In this document: piece after piece, positions 11,499 through 23,010 of the stretch
How positions within the stretch are numbered: position 1 is the stretch's first letter
Layout of the letters: the number at the start of each line of letters is the position of its first letter
Assembly (NCBI RefSeq): GCF_001194135.2
Contig: NC_068986.1
Span: forward strand, 20,206,192 to 20,270,191
DNA length: 64,000 bases
Direction: 5' to 3'
Origin: Octopus bimaculoides
Lineage: Eukaryota
Program-made: the position numbers and the translations under genes
The notes under the pieces: model-generated
The model's input: the letters and a program-made list of their open reading frames with translations, nothing else
What the model was told of the DNA's origin: nothing
Database searches by the model: none

Positions 11499-12461
11499 AT
11501 GAAAAGAAATGCTGTAATCATTGTCTTAAAAGCGCAGTATAGTGAAAATGAGATTGCTCGCTCCTTGAAAGTTGCCTGATCCTTCGTTGTCAAAGTTCGA
11601 AAGGAGTTCGAAGTTGCTGAAAGGGATCCAACATGAGCAACTAAACGCAAAACGCATGCACAGGGTCCTAATACCATCAGAACTCATAACCTTGTACAAA
11701 AAGTTCAAGAAGTAATCGATAAAACTCCGGAAAATCGATCAGAGCCATTGCAAAGGACCTCATGGTTTCAGAATGCACCACCGGAAGAATTGTGCATGAG
11801 GACATCCGGTACAAGTCGTGTGAGATACGGAAGGATAAATCTATGTCGGATCTGACAAGAGAGTTAAATAAGTTAAAACACCAAGAGGCTGAAATACTTC
11901 GATCAGGACCAAAAGGTAAACAGAAAAAAACGATACATGGTTATGGAAAGACCCGAATAAGGTTCCAATGGTCAGGTATACTAAATTCCCAGCAACTGTG
12001 ATGGTTTGGGGAGTCGTCAGCAGCGAGAGAGATGTCAAGCCTCCTTACTTATTCTCACTGGACTTAAGACCCATTGCTGCTGTCTACTCAGAGGTGTTGG
12101 AGAAAGTTGAGACTCTAGACAGACAGAGTACGCAATGGAAGACCGTGTCTTCCAACAAGGCTCTGAGTCGTTTCATAAGGCTAAGACAACCCAATAGTTG
12201 TTGCGTGCCAATCTCCCTAAACATGTTCTCCCAGACACATGGCTTCCTGGCTCACCAGACCTCAATCCACTGGACTATTACGTATGGGGCGTAGTTAAGA
12301 GAGAGGCCAATCAATAACCCCATAATACCATATAATCTCTCAAGTACACCATAACCAGCACTATGTCCAAGATTGATAAGGATCATTTAATTTGAACATG
12401 TTAACACATTTGACCCCGTATTGAAGCAGCCGTTGACGCTAACAATGGATTCATTGAATAG
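11499..12461 (+). pseudogene. DD37D (maT) transposase pseudogene
   Basis: Pieces read MKRNAVIIVLKAQYSENEIARSLKVA*...IRAIAKDLMVS...FPATVMVWGVVSS...VFQQG...TWLPGSPDLNPLDYYVWG...RIEAAVDANNGFIE*. There are exactly 37 residues between the FQQ[D->G] position and the final D of SPDLNPLD. Multiple stops and frameshifts. Confidence 0.9.
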
Positions 12462-12847
12462 ATGTGATAAAACGATTTGCAAGATTATTTGTACCAATTT
12501 GTTTTCAAATAAAGCTTTTCTTTGAAGAGTTATGCGTCATTTTTCTAAATTCATACAAATGACCTCAAAAAAACTGACATACCCAACTCTGCGATCGTGC
12601 TGGAGCACCACTTTGAATGGTTTGGTGATATTGATCTTAGAACTTAATTCTAGGATTAGTCGAGGATATCGATCCTAGAATTTTTTTATTACTATTTTTT
12701 TTTTTTTTTAGTTTTAAATCGCATTTGTCGAACCGCAAGGTTGCGGAACATAACTAGTAGCACCAGTTTCTAAAGAGGGTAAACTCACTCACACACACAC
12801 ATATCCAGAGAAAGAGTGGGAGAGGAGGGGGAGAGAGAGTCTCTCTA

Positions 12848-12880
<33 letters not shown>

Positions 12881-12995
12881 GAGTCACACACATTCATAAA
12901 CACACATGCATATACTAAAAATATATAGAACATGAGCAGAAGAAATAGCCCCACGAGAAAGAAAAGAGAAGCGGGGAAGGTGTAGGAGGAGTAAC

Positions 12996-13041
<46 letters not shown>

Positions 13042-13644
13042 CTTTTGTGAATTGATTAAGTGCTGCATAAGATACAATGAAAAAGATTGAAATGCAATTC
13101 AGCTTTATTTTTCCCTCTGCTTATTTTTCCAACTTTTCGATTCGATGTTTCAGCGTATAAAATATCGCTTCTTTTGTCTGGGCATAAAGGCTTATATTTT
13201 ATGTGAAAGAAAAAAGGAAAGGGCATTANNNNNNNNNNNNNNNNNNNNNNNNNNNNNNNNNNNNNNNNNNNNNNNNNNNNNNNNNNNNNNNNNNNNNNNN
13301 NNNNNNNNNNNNNNNNNNNNNNNNNNNNNNNNNNNNNNNNNNNNNNNNNNNNNNNNNNNNNNNNNNNNNNNNNNNNNNNNNNNNNNNNNNNNNNNNNNNN
13401 NNNNNNNNNNNNNNNNNNNNNNNNNNNNNNNNNNNNNNNNNNNNNNNNNNNNNNNNNNNNNNNNNNNNNNNNNNNNNNNNNNNNNNNNNNNNNNNNNNNN
13501 NNNNNNNNNNNNNNNNNNNNNNNNNNNNNNNNNNNNNNNNNNNNNNNNNNNNNNNNNNNNNNNNNNNNNNNNCAAAGGATTTGTTGTGGTATACAAAATG
13601 GCGTGAGTGAAATCTTTAAATTCAAGTATTTATCCTTCTTTTAT

Positions 13645-14140
13645 TTTTTATTTGTTTCAGTCGTTAGATCGTGGTCATGCTGGAGCACTGCCTTGTAGAA
13701 TCTTTTGTCGAATGAATTGATCCCAGTACTTTTTTTTTTAAGCCCGGTCACGGTTTTCTGTCGATATTGTTTGCCGAACCGCTAGACTACGGGGACGTAA
13801 ACACAACACCGGTTGTCAAGCCGTCGTTGGGGATAAACACACACACACACACACACACACAATGTGTAAGAGGCTTCTTTTAGTTTCCGTCTACCAAATC
13901 AACTCACAAGGTTTTAGTCGACTCGATGCTATAGTACACAGGTTCCCAATCTATATATATATATACATATACATATATGAAATTTTGAATTTAGTTCACG
14001 TACCCCAAGTACTACCTTTGCGGACCCCAGGTTGGGAACCCACTGTTATAGTAGAAAACACATGTCCAAGGTGCTATGCAGTGAGATTGAACCTGGAACC
14101 GTGTGGTTGGAAAACAAACTTCTTATCACACAGCCATGCC
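13645..14140 (-). mobile_element. SINE family A interrupted by a hAT MITE
   Basis: Family A tail and head flank an insertion at the ctatagta motif. Confidence 0.8.
13937..14045. mobile_element. Tiny hAT/Charlie-like MITE (109 bp)
   Basis: TIRs cacaggttcccaa / ttgggaacccactg. 8-bp TSD ctatagta (13929-13936) / ttatagta (14046-14053). Confidence 0.75.
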
Positions 14141-15014
14141 TAGGATTTCAAATTATAAATATATCGGTAATGTATTTGACTGAGGAGCGATCTGAGACCA
14201 CGTGTAGAAACTTAGACAATCACAGCGTGGAGGACAAACACTGATTTCAGATTTTGGCACAATGTCAGCAATTTCAACTGGTACTTATATTATCGACCCA
14301 GAAAGAATGAAAGACAAAGTGGAACCCGGCATCATTTGAACTCAGAACGTTGCAAGAAGTACCGCTAAGCATTGAGTCCGGTGCGGTAACGATTCTGCCA
14401 GCTAGCTGCCTGCGAGGGAGACAAATATCAACCAGTCAAAAACACAGACTGTTAATTTCACGTAAACATTTATTATGCGGTGTCAAATTACAACTGCATT
14501 TCATGATTTCGCATTGTTTAATCTCATTCGATCCCACTTGTTAAATATGCAACGTGTATTGCTGCACTCTTTGTTTTCCTTTTCTTTTTTTCCTTTTTTC
14601 TTCTTTCTAATCATTTCATTTGAAGCTGAGAGGTAATTAAAAAAACATGTAGGTTCATTAATATCCGACTCCATTTTGGTGTGATGGTAATAGAATTGGC
14701 TGCAATAAATTATATGGTTCAGGCTCTTGGAAGAGTATTTTAAAACCAGTTCACGAAGCGTGGCAAATTAATGAAGCAATGCAACGTAACGAAACACTTT
14801 TTGTTTGTTTGTTTGTTTTTTCTTTCATGTTTTTGTTGTTGTGTTCTTGTTGCTTACAGCAAAGGTCCGTAATTATGGAGAATTGATAGTTGTTCACTGC
14901 TAGATAGAATGCCATTTAGCAGTTAAATGATTTATTTGGTTCTGGTCGGAGATCAGTAAGAGTGATTAAATACAAACCATCAATCACTTCATACAATAGT
15001 CTATCATTGTATCG

Positions 15015-15273
15015 CAATGGTTTTCAATTGGGGTCCACATGACCCAAGGGATCCATATAAGATTTCGTTATTAAAATTTATGTGCAATAAATTGGTTATA
15101 CTCGGACAATACTCAATATTTTAACAATTTTTTTTTAATACATCTCCTTATAATATTTAATTCTAAAAATATAATAGGATTTTTTAAACACTGAATTGAT
15201 ATAAGGGTCCACCTGAATAAAATAGAAATCAAAAGGGTCTACAAGTAAGAAAAAAAATGGTTGAGAACCATTG
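15015..15273. mobile_element. hAT/Charlie-like MITE
   Basis: TIRs caatggttttcaa / ttgagaaccattg. Decayed 8-bp TSD ttgtatcg / ctctatgg. Confidence 0.7.
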
Positions 15274-15385
15274 CTCTATGGGGGTGGATTGGCTGTGATT
15301 GCTATTTATGTAGTTTATCGGTCATTCGTAAGGTGTGACTATTTCATGTTAAAATTTCCTTCAGATGTAGAAACGAGAGAGATAG

Positions 15386-15420
<35 letters not shown>

Positions 15421-15623
15421 GAGAGACAGAGAGAGAGGGGGAGGAGGAAAACGCTGAGGGAGGGAGAGACAAAAAAACAGAGTACTCGGTACATCTATAA
15501 AACAATGCCTATTCGATCGAAGCTGTTGGTTTGCTTAGTCGACAAAAAAAAAAAAAAAAAAAAAAGAAGGTTCGCTCATAGTAGGTGACTCCAAGAAGTG
15601 ACGGAATGTATCATCAAATACAA

Positions 15624-15858
15624 GGCGGCGAGCTGGCAGAAACGTTAGCACGCCGGGCGAAATGCTTAGCGGTATTTCGTCTGCCGTTACGTTCTGAGTT
15701 CAAATTCCGCCGAGATCGACTTTGCCTTTCATCCTTTCGGGGTCAATTAAATAAGTACCAGTTACGCATTGGGGTCGACATAATCGACTTAATCCGTTTG
15801 TCTGTCCTAGTTTGTTCCCATCTGTGTGTAGCCCCAAGTGGGCAGTAAAGAAATAAGA
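15624..15858 (+). mobile_element. SINE family B, well-preserved copy
   Basis: ggcggcgagctggcagaaacgttagcacgccgggcg...gagttcaaattccgccgagatcgactttgcctttcatcctttcgggg; CpGs intact. Confidence 0.9.
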
Positions 15859-16244
15859 TACACATGCACACACACATACGCGCGCGTGCACGCACATACA
15901 CACATGTATATGCACATACATGCACATTTGTATGCACATGTAAAGGTATGTATGCGTGAGCGTGAGTGCGTGTACGTACGTGTGTGTGTGTGTGTGTGTG
16001 CACGCGCGTGTATGTGTGTATTTCTTTTGTTATTGATATTGCGTAATGGGCACATTATATGAAAACATTCTTTCAAAATAAACTTGAGTTTTTGTGAAAC
16101 TGGATCTTAATTGCGCCCGAAATCTTCAGAATGATTCTGCATTTTATTTATTGAAACATTTTGCCGTCCAATTTCGATTACTTTCTATTGAAGATTCTAC
16201 AAGGATGCAATTCATTTTACGACCCAGAATATATGAATGTTTTT

Positions 16245-16283
<39 letters not shown>

Positions 16284-16439
16284 TGTGCGCGCGCGTTAAA
16301 CAGACTATCCATTCTCTACATTATTGTTATTGAACCGAGATACCGAGACTTTTTAGTTTATTATCAATAATATATATTTAGTATATGTGCTGCTTATTTT
16401 AAAATCTATTCTACTAAGATTTAAAAACTACAAATGAGA

Positions 16440-17350
16440 TTACCGAGAGAGCGCAGAAACAGAAAAGGTTGTTTAATATTAGGAGGGAACTAATAACGTC
16501 TTTTATAAACATCCAAGAACATTTTAAAATAGTATTGAATAAGGCATTTAATAAGAAAAATACTGTGGTAATTCCTGAACCACATGACGAACTGGAAATG
16601 GATATGCATGAAATATCTGTTGAAGAAATAGTCAAAGCTATTGAGCAATTGCAAACGGAAAAGCTTCTAGATTAAACAGAATTGCAATAGAAATGCTAAA
16701 CACAAATAAGCATATGCCTGCAAAAACATTATTGAAGCTGTTTCGTAATATATCGTATATTAAACAATTCCCTGAAGGCTGGAAGATCGGTATAGCGATT
16801 AGAAATACGAATATAAGGATCTGAGATTGTGTGACATCTGAGGGATTATAACCCTGGGCAATATAATGCCCAGGGTTTGGTTGTATTGAGGGGGAGGATT
16901 CAAACTGCATTGGAAAATATACTTAAAGATGAAGAAGCAGCTTCTGGCGATCGACAGGTTTTTTTTATTTTTTTAATATCCAGCCATATTTTTCTTTGTT
17001 ATATTATACAATAGCGTTTTGAATTCAGATAGCTTCTGATATTGGTTCATAAAGCCTTTGATACTGCTTTGAAAATGGCTTTTATTGACTTTGAAAAGGC
17101 TTCCGATAGGGTTACAGCTTGGAAGATACGATGTTGCTATGGTTTGCTGAAAAAGTATGTCAGTCATGTAATATGTCGTATGTACCAAGGAAGAAAAATG
17201 TCGTGTAATCTATACGGTCAACTCTCAATTACAATTGAATGTGGGAGTGAAATATTGCTAGTTGGTTCGATATATAACGAATATGAATCTGAACAAACCA
17301 ATAAAGATATAGTTTTATACCGTAAGTACGAGATCATAAGCATATTGTAA
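16440..17350 (+). mobile_element. Decayed LINE reverse-transcriptase fragment (RTE-like)
   Basis: Broken frames give ISVEEIVKAIEQLQTEK, KASRLNRIAIEML...LLKLFRNI...FPEGWKIG, RIQTALENILKDEEA and MAFIDFEKASDRV (the RT motif FIDFEKAFDxV). Confidence 0.8.
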
Positions 17351-17729
17351 CATGTTGACAGTTTACAAGAGTAAAAATATCAAGGCTGTGCTCAGTTTTT
17401 ATTACGATATTTTTTGTCACCATAACACCATCAATAGCGTCAGGCAGGCTTTGAACCAGAGTTTTGAAAAAATTATGGATTACCTCCCTTGTTCAGACCT
17501 GCAATATCTGCTTTTGTAAATCCAAAATTGGTGGAGCATTAAAAGCTGAAATTTTCTTTTTTTATGATTCCATGCATTTTCTATATGGCTAAAGTCAGGA
17601 GTTAATCTTGGCGATTTACTCAATGAAGTAAGATCATTGGCTGTAAACCTGTCTTTCATGCATTTTAGAGAATGTCAGAGTTCTGTTGGAATAAAGAGTT
17701 GTTGTAGACGATCATACGAGTTAGCAACT

Positions 17730-17900
17730 TCTGAATATCCAGATGATTTTAGAGTTTATGTTGGCACCCTAAAGGCATTATCCAAATACTGACAATTTAC
17801 TTTGGCCCCACTCCCTTATCATAATAGACAGGCAGTTCATAAACCTTACAAGTGTACACCCAGAATTGTATCATGAGTTTAATGGATGAAAAACTAAAGG
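17730..17900 (+). mobile_element. Possible highly decayed DNA-transposase fragment (tentatively Academ-like)
   Basis: DFRVYVGTLKAL and, in another frame, LIIIDRQFINLTSVHPELYHEFNG resemble the recalled motif NFxLYVxxL...HPxVYxEFxxG. This is recalled motif similarity only. Confidence 0.25.
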
Positions 17901-18209
17901 TGTACTAGATGCAAATTGCTTCTTGTGTGTTTCGTCATTAAACTTGATTTTAAGTCAGTCCTACTTAGTCTAATTTTTTTGATTTCTGTAAAATTCAAGA
18001 TGACCTAGAAAGTCTTTTCACGGGAGCCTTAGTTCCTTCACCCACCCACTTCATATCTTGCAACTAGTTGAGATATTTCTGCAATCAACCAACGTTTTAT
18101 CATCATAGTCTACATTTTACCGTTGCTTACAGCTACCATTGTGTGGCACGATCATTTTGATGTTGTCTGCTTGATATACCAAATTATTTGTATCTGGTGT
18201 GTGACGAAA

Positions 18210-18430
18210 CGTGAAGGCGCGCGGCTTAGTGCTAAGATGTGACACTCGCGATTGTGAGATTGTGCTTTTGATTCTTGGGACAGAAGATGTGCAGTGTTCT
18301 TCAGAAAAAAACTTCATTTCGTGTTGCTCCGACAAATGAATTCCAGCATACTGGCGTCCTATTCGGTAGGGAGACCCGTAATTTCTACCCCTTTTGCACC
18401 ATGGAAACCGGGTTAAATTCCGGGCTTATG
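18210..18430 (+). mobile_element. SINE family E, decayed
   Basis: gtgaaggcgcgcggcttagtg...gtgttcttcagaaaaaaacttcatttcgtgttgctcc...gaaaccggg. Confidence 0.7.
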
Positions 18431-18616
18431 AATCCTAGGGATCATTACAACTCTGAAAGAATGAGTATAACAAAATCGAAACAAAGCTTCAAAGACAGTA
18501 ACGACAGGTTCATTTAGTTGTGATGATATCTTCCAAAAATTAAGTCCGTTGCCACATTAAGCCACAATTTAAATCCATTTTTCTTCTCTTTTTTAGCTGA
18601 CAGTTCCATAAGTTTA

Positions 18617-18882
18617 AGAAAAGGTAAATAAATGTCTCCTTCTCGGGCCATGCCAGGCTCATGAGGGCCGGTTCCCCGGTTTCAATGGCATATATATTCC
18701 CCACCTGGATGGGAGGCTGGTCCATCACAGGGTTACTCATTTTTACCAGCTGAGTGGACTGGAGCAATGTGAAATGAAGTGCTTTGCTCAAGAACACAAT
18801 GCATCACCCAGTGCAGGAATCGAAACCACAATCATACAATAATGAGTCCAACACCCCTAACCAGTAAGCCACGCGCCTCCAC
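18617..18882 (-). mobile_element. tRNA-headed SINE, family E, with TSD
   Basis: Perfect 13-bp TSD ttccataagttta at 18604-18616 and 18883-18895. Head gtggaggcgcgtggcttactggttaggg on the minus strand. Confidence 0.9.
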
Positions 18883-19044
18883 TTCCATAAGTTTATAAAA
18901 CATCAATATAATTTGCAGTATAAGACATCAAATACAAGACGAAATCATGAATTACTATTTCATCATTCATATATCATAATGCATAAATCAAGGTTGTTAT
19001 TCATAAATATCAAGTGGAAGATTTATTTGTATATGAAAGTATCT

Positions 19045-19282
19045 TTTTAGCTTTTATCTTTTACCTGTTTCAGTTATTAGATCGCGGCCATGCTGGGGCA
19101 CCGCCTTGAATTTTTAGTCACATGAATCGACCCCAGTACTTATTTTTAAAGCCAGGTACTTATTCTATTGGGGACGTAAACACACCAACACCGGTTGTCA
19201 AGTGGTGATGGGGGGACAAACACACACACACACATATATGACGGGCTTCTTTCAGTTTCCGTCTACCAAATCCACTCACAAG
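19045..19282 (-). mobile_element. SINE family A 3' half, truncated at the Penelope junction
   Basis: The family A body stops at tccactcacaag and switches abruptly to Penelope sequence. Confidence 0.75.
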
Positions 19283-20470
19283 AGAGCAGAGGTACGGTCC
19301 ATGGAACGTGCTCTGGTAAGGGCTGTGTGGATAGTGGTGAAGGATAAAGTGGCGAGCCATGAGTTGAGGCTGAGTCTCAAAGTCATGGTTGTCACTGCAG
19401 AGCCTGCACAGACGGAGAAATTGGGAGTAGGGGAGGGTGAGCTTGGTGTAGGTAGGGTGAGAGGAGAAGTTGAGGTATAAGTGTGAGTCGGATTGTAGTG
19501 GATGGAGGTAGTGAGAGCGAAGTGGTGTATGTTGACCGAAATGCCAAGAAATGTGACGGAAGTGCTGGAAGTAGTGCAGAATTCGAGGCCAAAATGGAAG
19601 GATTGAACAAAAGAGAAGGAGTCTAGTTGTTCGCAGGAAAGTGACGTCGCACCGATACATTCATCAATATAATGACCGTATAGTTTGAGAATCGTGAGAA
19701 TATTTAGACCTCAACGTGGCCAACGAGCAAGTTCGCATAGTTGGGGCCCATTCTCGTTCCGATGACCACTCCCGAGTTTTTCTGGTAAAAATATCCCGCG
19801 AACGAGAAGCAGTTGGGGGAGAGAACAAGTTCGGCCAGACGAAGAAGTGTGGATGTGTCAGATCTGGGGTTGGGTCGAAAGTTTAGGAAATGTTTGAGTG
19901 CAAGAAGTCCGTTGTGTGGGATCACTGTATATAGACTCTTGATATCAAGAGTGAAGAGAAGTTTAGAGAGACCAGGAGAGAAAAAGAGTTGAAGAGACGG
20001 TGAGCATGGTTAGTGTCGTGGATGTAAGAGGGGAGAGAAGTCACTTGGGGCAAGGACACGGTCGAGGTATTTTGAGATCAATTCCGCGGAGCAGTTACAG
20101 ATGGAGACGATGGGATGTCCTGGGCTGTTGGGCTTGTGGATTTTGGGAAGAAAGTAAATGACGCGAGTGCGTGTAGTGCGGACAATGAGGTTGGAGGTGG
20201 TGGGATGGAGACGGAAGGAGGAGATGAGGTCATGGATGGTGGAGGACAAAGTCTGTTGGTAGTTAGGCGTGGGGTTGAAGTTGGCGGAGAGCTTCACCCT
20301 TATAGAGGTCTGCGCGCCACAACACCACGGCTCCATCCTTGTCAGCCGGTTTTATGATGATGTCTTTGCGGCGTCGGAGAAATCGAAGGGCTGAGAGTTC
20401 GGCCGGGGAGATGTTAAAATATCGGGGACTCCTGCGAAAGTTAAACCGTTCCACAACACGTTGGCAGATG
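19283..20470 (-). mobile_element. Penelope-like element reverse transcriptase fragment, decayed
   Basis: Minus-strand pieces: NISPAELSALRFLRRRKDIIIKPADKDGAVVLW, YFLPKIHKPNSPGHPIVS, LFTLDIKSLYTVIP, GTRMGPNYANL, LYGHYIDECIG (YIDD->YIDE) and SHLYLNFSSHP...LPYSQFLRLCRLCSD. All are hallmark PLE RT motifs. Frameshifted. Confidence 0.92.
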
Positions 20471-21099
20471 CATATATATATATATATATATAAATGAGAN
20501 NNNNNNNNNNNNNNNNNNNNNNNNNNNNNNNNNNNNNNNNNNNNNNNNNNNNNNNNNNNNNNNNNNNNNNNNNNNNNNNNNNNNNNNNNNNNNNNNNNNN
20601 NNNNNNNNNNNNNNNNNNNNNNNNNNNNNNNNNNNNNNNNNNNNNNNNNNNNNNNNNNNNNNNNNNNNNNNNNNNNNNNNNNNNNNNNNNNNNNNNNNNN
20701 NNNNNNNNNNNNNNNNNNNNNNNNNNNNNNNNNNNNNNNNNNNNNNNNNNNNNNNNNNNNNNNNNNNNNNNNNNNNNNNNNNNNNNNNNNNNNNNNNNNN
20801 NNNNNNNNNNNNNNNNNNNNNNNNNNNNNNNNNNNNNNNNNNNNNNNNNNNNNNNNNNNNNNNNNNNNNNNNNNNNNNNNNNNNNNNNNNNNNNNNNNNN
20901 NNNNNNNNNNNNNNNNNNNNNNNNNNNNNNNNATATATATATATATATATATAGATCTATATGCATACATGTATATGTATACATGTGTAGATGTATATAT
21001 AGGTGTACATCTGATATGTACACATATATAAATGCATACAGATATCTATACATATATACACTCATACACACACATACATATGCACACAAACACACACAT

Positions 21100-21330
21100 T
21101 AGTCATTTATTTTCTTATCCAAAACTACGTCAAAAGTATTGAATGGATCTTTAAGAAATTTGGAAATTATATTCTATGCATAATGGCCATAACCCCCATG
21201 AAAATTCATATATTTTTGATGTTGATGAAATTTTAACCATACATATTACACATAAATAAAGTAATATTTCTAATTTTTTTTATTCTTAGAAGTTACAAAG
21301 ACCCCTTCAGGGGGTCACCCGAACATAACA
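21100..21330. mobile_element. Probable non-autonomous Helentron-associated (HINE/DINE-like) element
   Basis: Core-like aaactacgtc...gaatggatctttaagaaatttgg and a GC stem-loop gacccc-ttcag-ggggtc at 21300-21316. Confidence 0.4.
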
Positions 21331-21489
21331 GATGAGCATTATTTGTAATTCAACGGTACAACAGTGTAAGACTATCCTTTCAGATATACTTACATTGTGA
21401 TTTCTGCAATGTGGTGCATAAATTGTCAAGTAAATGAGACTCATCTTTGCCTCCACTGATTCACTTGCAAAGTGTTGAGTAAAATTATT

Positions 21490-21760
21490 TCGTTGCAGAC
21501 CTCCTTTCAGTCTTTTTATTATTACTGCGACACATATAGTGCCCAGTTGGTAACATTGATTTCAAGGCCTTCCCAGATGAGTGACTGGTTGTTCTAAGAC
21601 CTTGATTGTAAATACTTTCTGCCCAGTTACCTATCGGTAGAGTGGTCATTTGCAAACTCCAGAGGCGACACTTTCATTTCCCTTTAATCCAAACGTCACA
21701 CATTGTTGTTTCAATTGGTTCATGCCCTTCCAATTGCTACAGATCCATAATGCATCTTAA
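21490..21760 (-). pseudogene. Decayed PIF1-family helicase C-terminal fragment (Helitron/Helentron-like)
   Basis: LPIGNWAESIYNQGL (21640->21596) resembles PIF1 motif VI LPLxLAWAxTIHKSQG. A frameshifted GTICVAVIIKRLKG downstream resembles GQxYVALSRVKxLxG. Confidence 0.45.
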
Positions 21761-21899
21761 AGTTGTGCCTGTCACCTACATTGGGGAGTAGTAACGACTA
21801 GGCTACGGTAGCTGACTGATTATCGTGATCATTCGTCTTTTGCTTTCCTGTAGCTTTGCTCTCTTTTACAAACCCAGTGAACATACATATATTTCCTAT

Positions 21900-23010
21900 T
21901 TCAAAGAAATTCAAACAATACATATTACACACAAGTTAAAAAGATTCCCAACAATTAAACTTCTCTGGTTGACATTAATACATCCATCACCAATAGGGGC
22001 CTTAACTCCCACATTTTTCAGCTCCATGAGCTCCATTTTTCAGGAGCAAAATTCTTTTAGGGTCCATGTAGTGTCTTAGGCCAAAAAAATGTTTAACTTC
22101 CAGCATAGTTCGAGCCCACATCAATATCATATCTCCTCCACTATTTCAGTATTACGTGTCAAAAGTGTAACAATGACATCACTCTACTGTAATGTCAGAT
22201 ACTTTCACTCTAACACTGAAACTATTCCACTATTTCAGTATTACCTGTCAAAAGTGAAACAGTAACATGTCGCTACTGTAATTTCAAATATTTTCACTTT
22301 AATACTTTCAATTTCATACTGAAACTATTAAAGTGAGACTATACTCTCACATATATACAGGCATACTATAAGACCCAAGTTAAAAACATTCCCAACAATT
22401 CAACTTCTCTGGTTGATATTAACACCGCCACCCCCAATAGGGGTCNNNNNNNNNNNNNNNNNNNNNNNNNNNNNNNNNNNNNNNNNNNNNNNNNNNNNNN
22501 NNNNNNNNNNNNNNNNNNNNNNNNNNNNNNNNNNNNNNNNNNNNNNNNNNNNNNNNNNNNNNNNNNNNNNNNNNNNNNNNNNNNNNNNNNNNNNNNNNNN
22601 NNNNNNNNNNNNNNNNNNNNNNNNNNNNNNNNNNNNNNNNNNNNNNNNNNNNNNNNNNNNNNNNNNNNNNNNNNNNNNNNNNNNNNNNNNNNNNNNNNNN
22701 NNNNNNACAGAAAAGTCTCATTTTTCAATTGCATGTAACACGGGCAACGCCGAGTATCTCTGCTAGTATATATATATAAAGATGAGAATGTGTCTGTCTG
22801 TCTGTGTGAATCCCTAAAACTTGAGAACTACACAACTAATTTCATTCTAATTTTACACATGCTTTACTTAGGGTCCATGTTGTGTCATAGGCCAAAAAAT
22901 TTTTAACTTCTTGCCTAGTGCGAGCTCAGAGCAATATCATATCTCCTCCACTATTTCAGCATTACGTGTCAAAAGTGAAACAAGAACATTTCTCTATTGT
23001 AATGTCAGAT
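21900..23010 (+). mobile_element. Non-autonomous Helitron-like element, head-to-tail copies
   Basis: The 3' end cgggcaacgccgagtatctctgCTAG-T (CTAG 22763-22766) is followed directly by a new 5' end tatatatatataaagatgagaatgtgtctgtctg. Block 22060-22200 repeats at 22868-23010. An internal ~60-bp repeat lies at about 21945 and 22388. Confidence 0.65.

Larger units (their letters stand above)
11144..12591 (+). mobile_element. Tc1/mariner-superfamily DD37D (maT) transposon, decayed, with a nested SINE
   Basis: Degenerate terminal repeats cagagtgcatcaaatttttgagg (11144-11166) and cctcaaaaaaactgacataccc (12563-12584) flank a transposase pseudogene. Confidence 0.7.

Noticed and set aside
14928-14935. 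TGATTTAT Hox/Pbx-like site in a TAAT-rich unique block (14450-14950)
   Set aside because: Expected several times by chance in AT-rich DNA; no independent support.
19935-19952. 18-bp perfect palindrome actcttgatatcaagagt
   Set aside because: It lies inside Penelope RT coding sequence (TLDIKS) and is probably coincidental.
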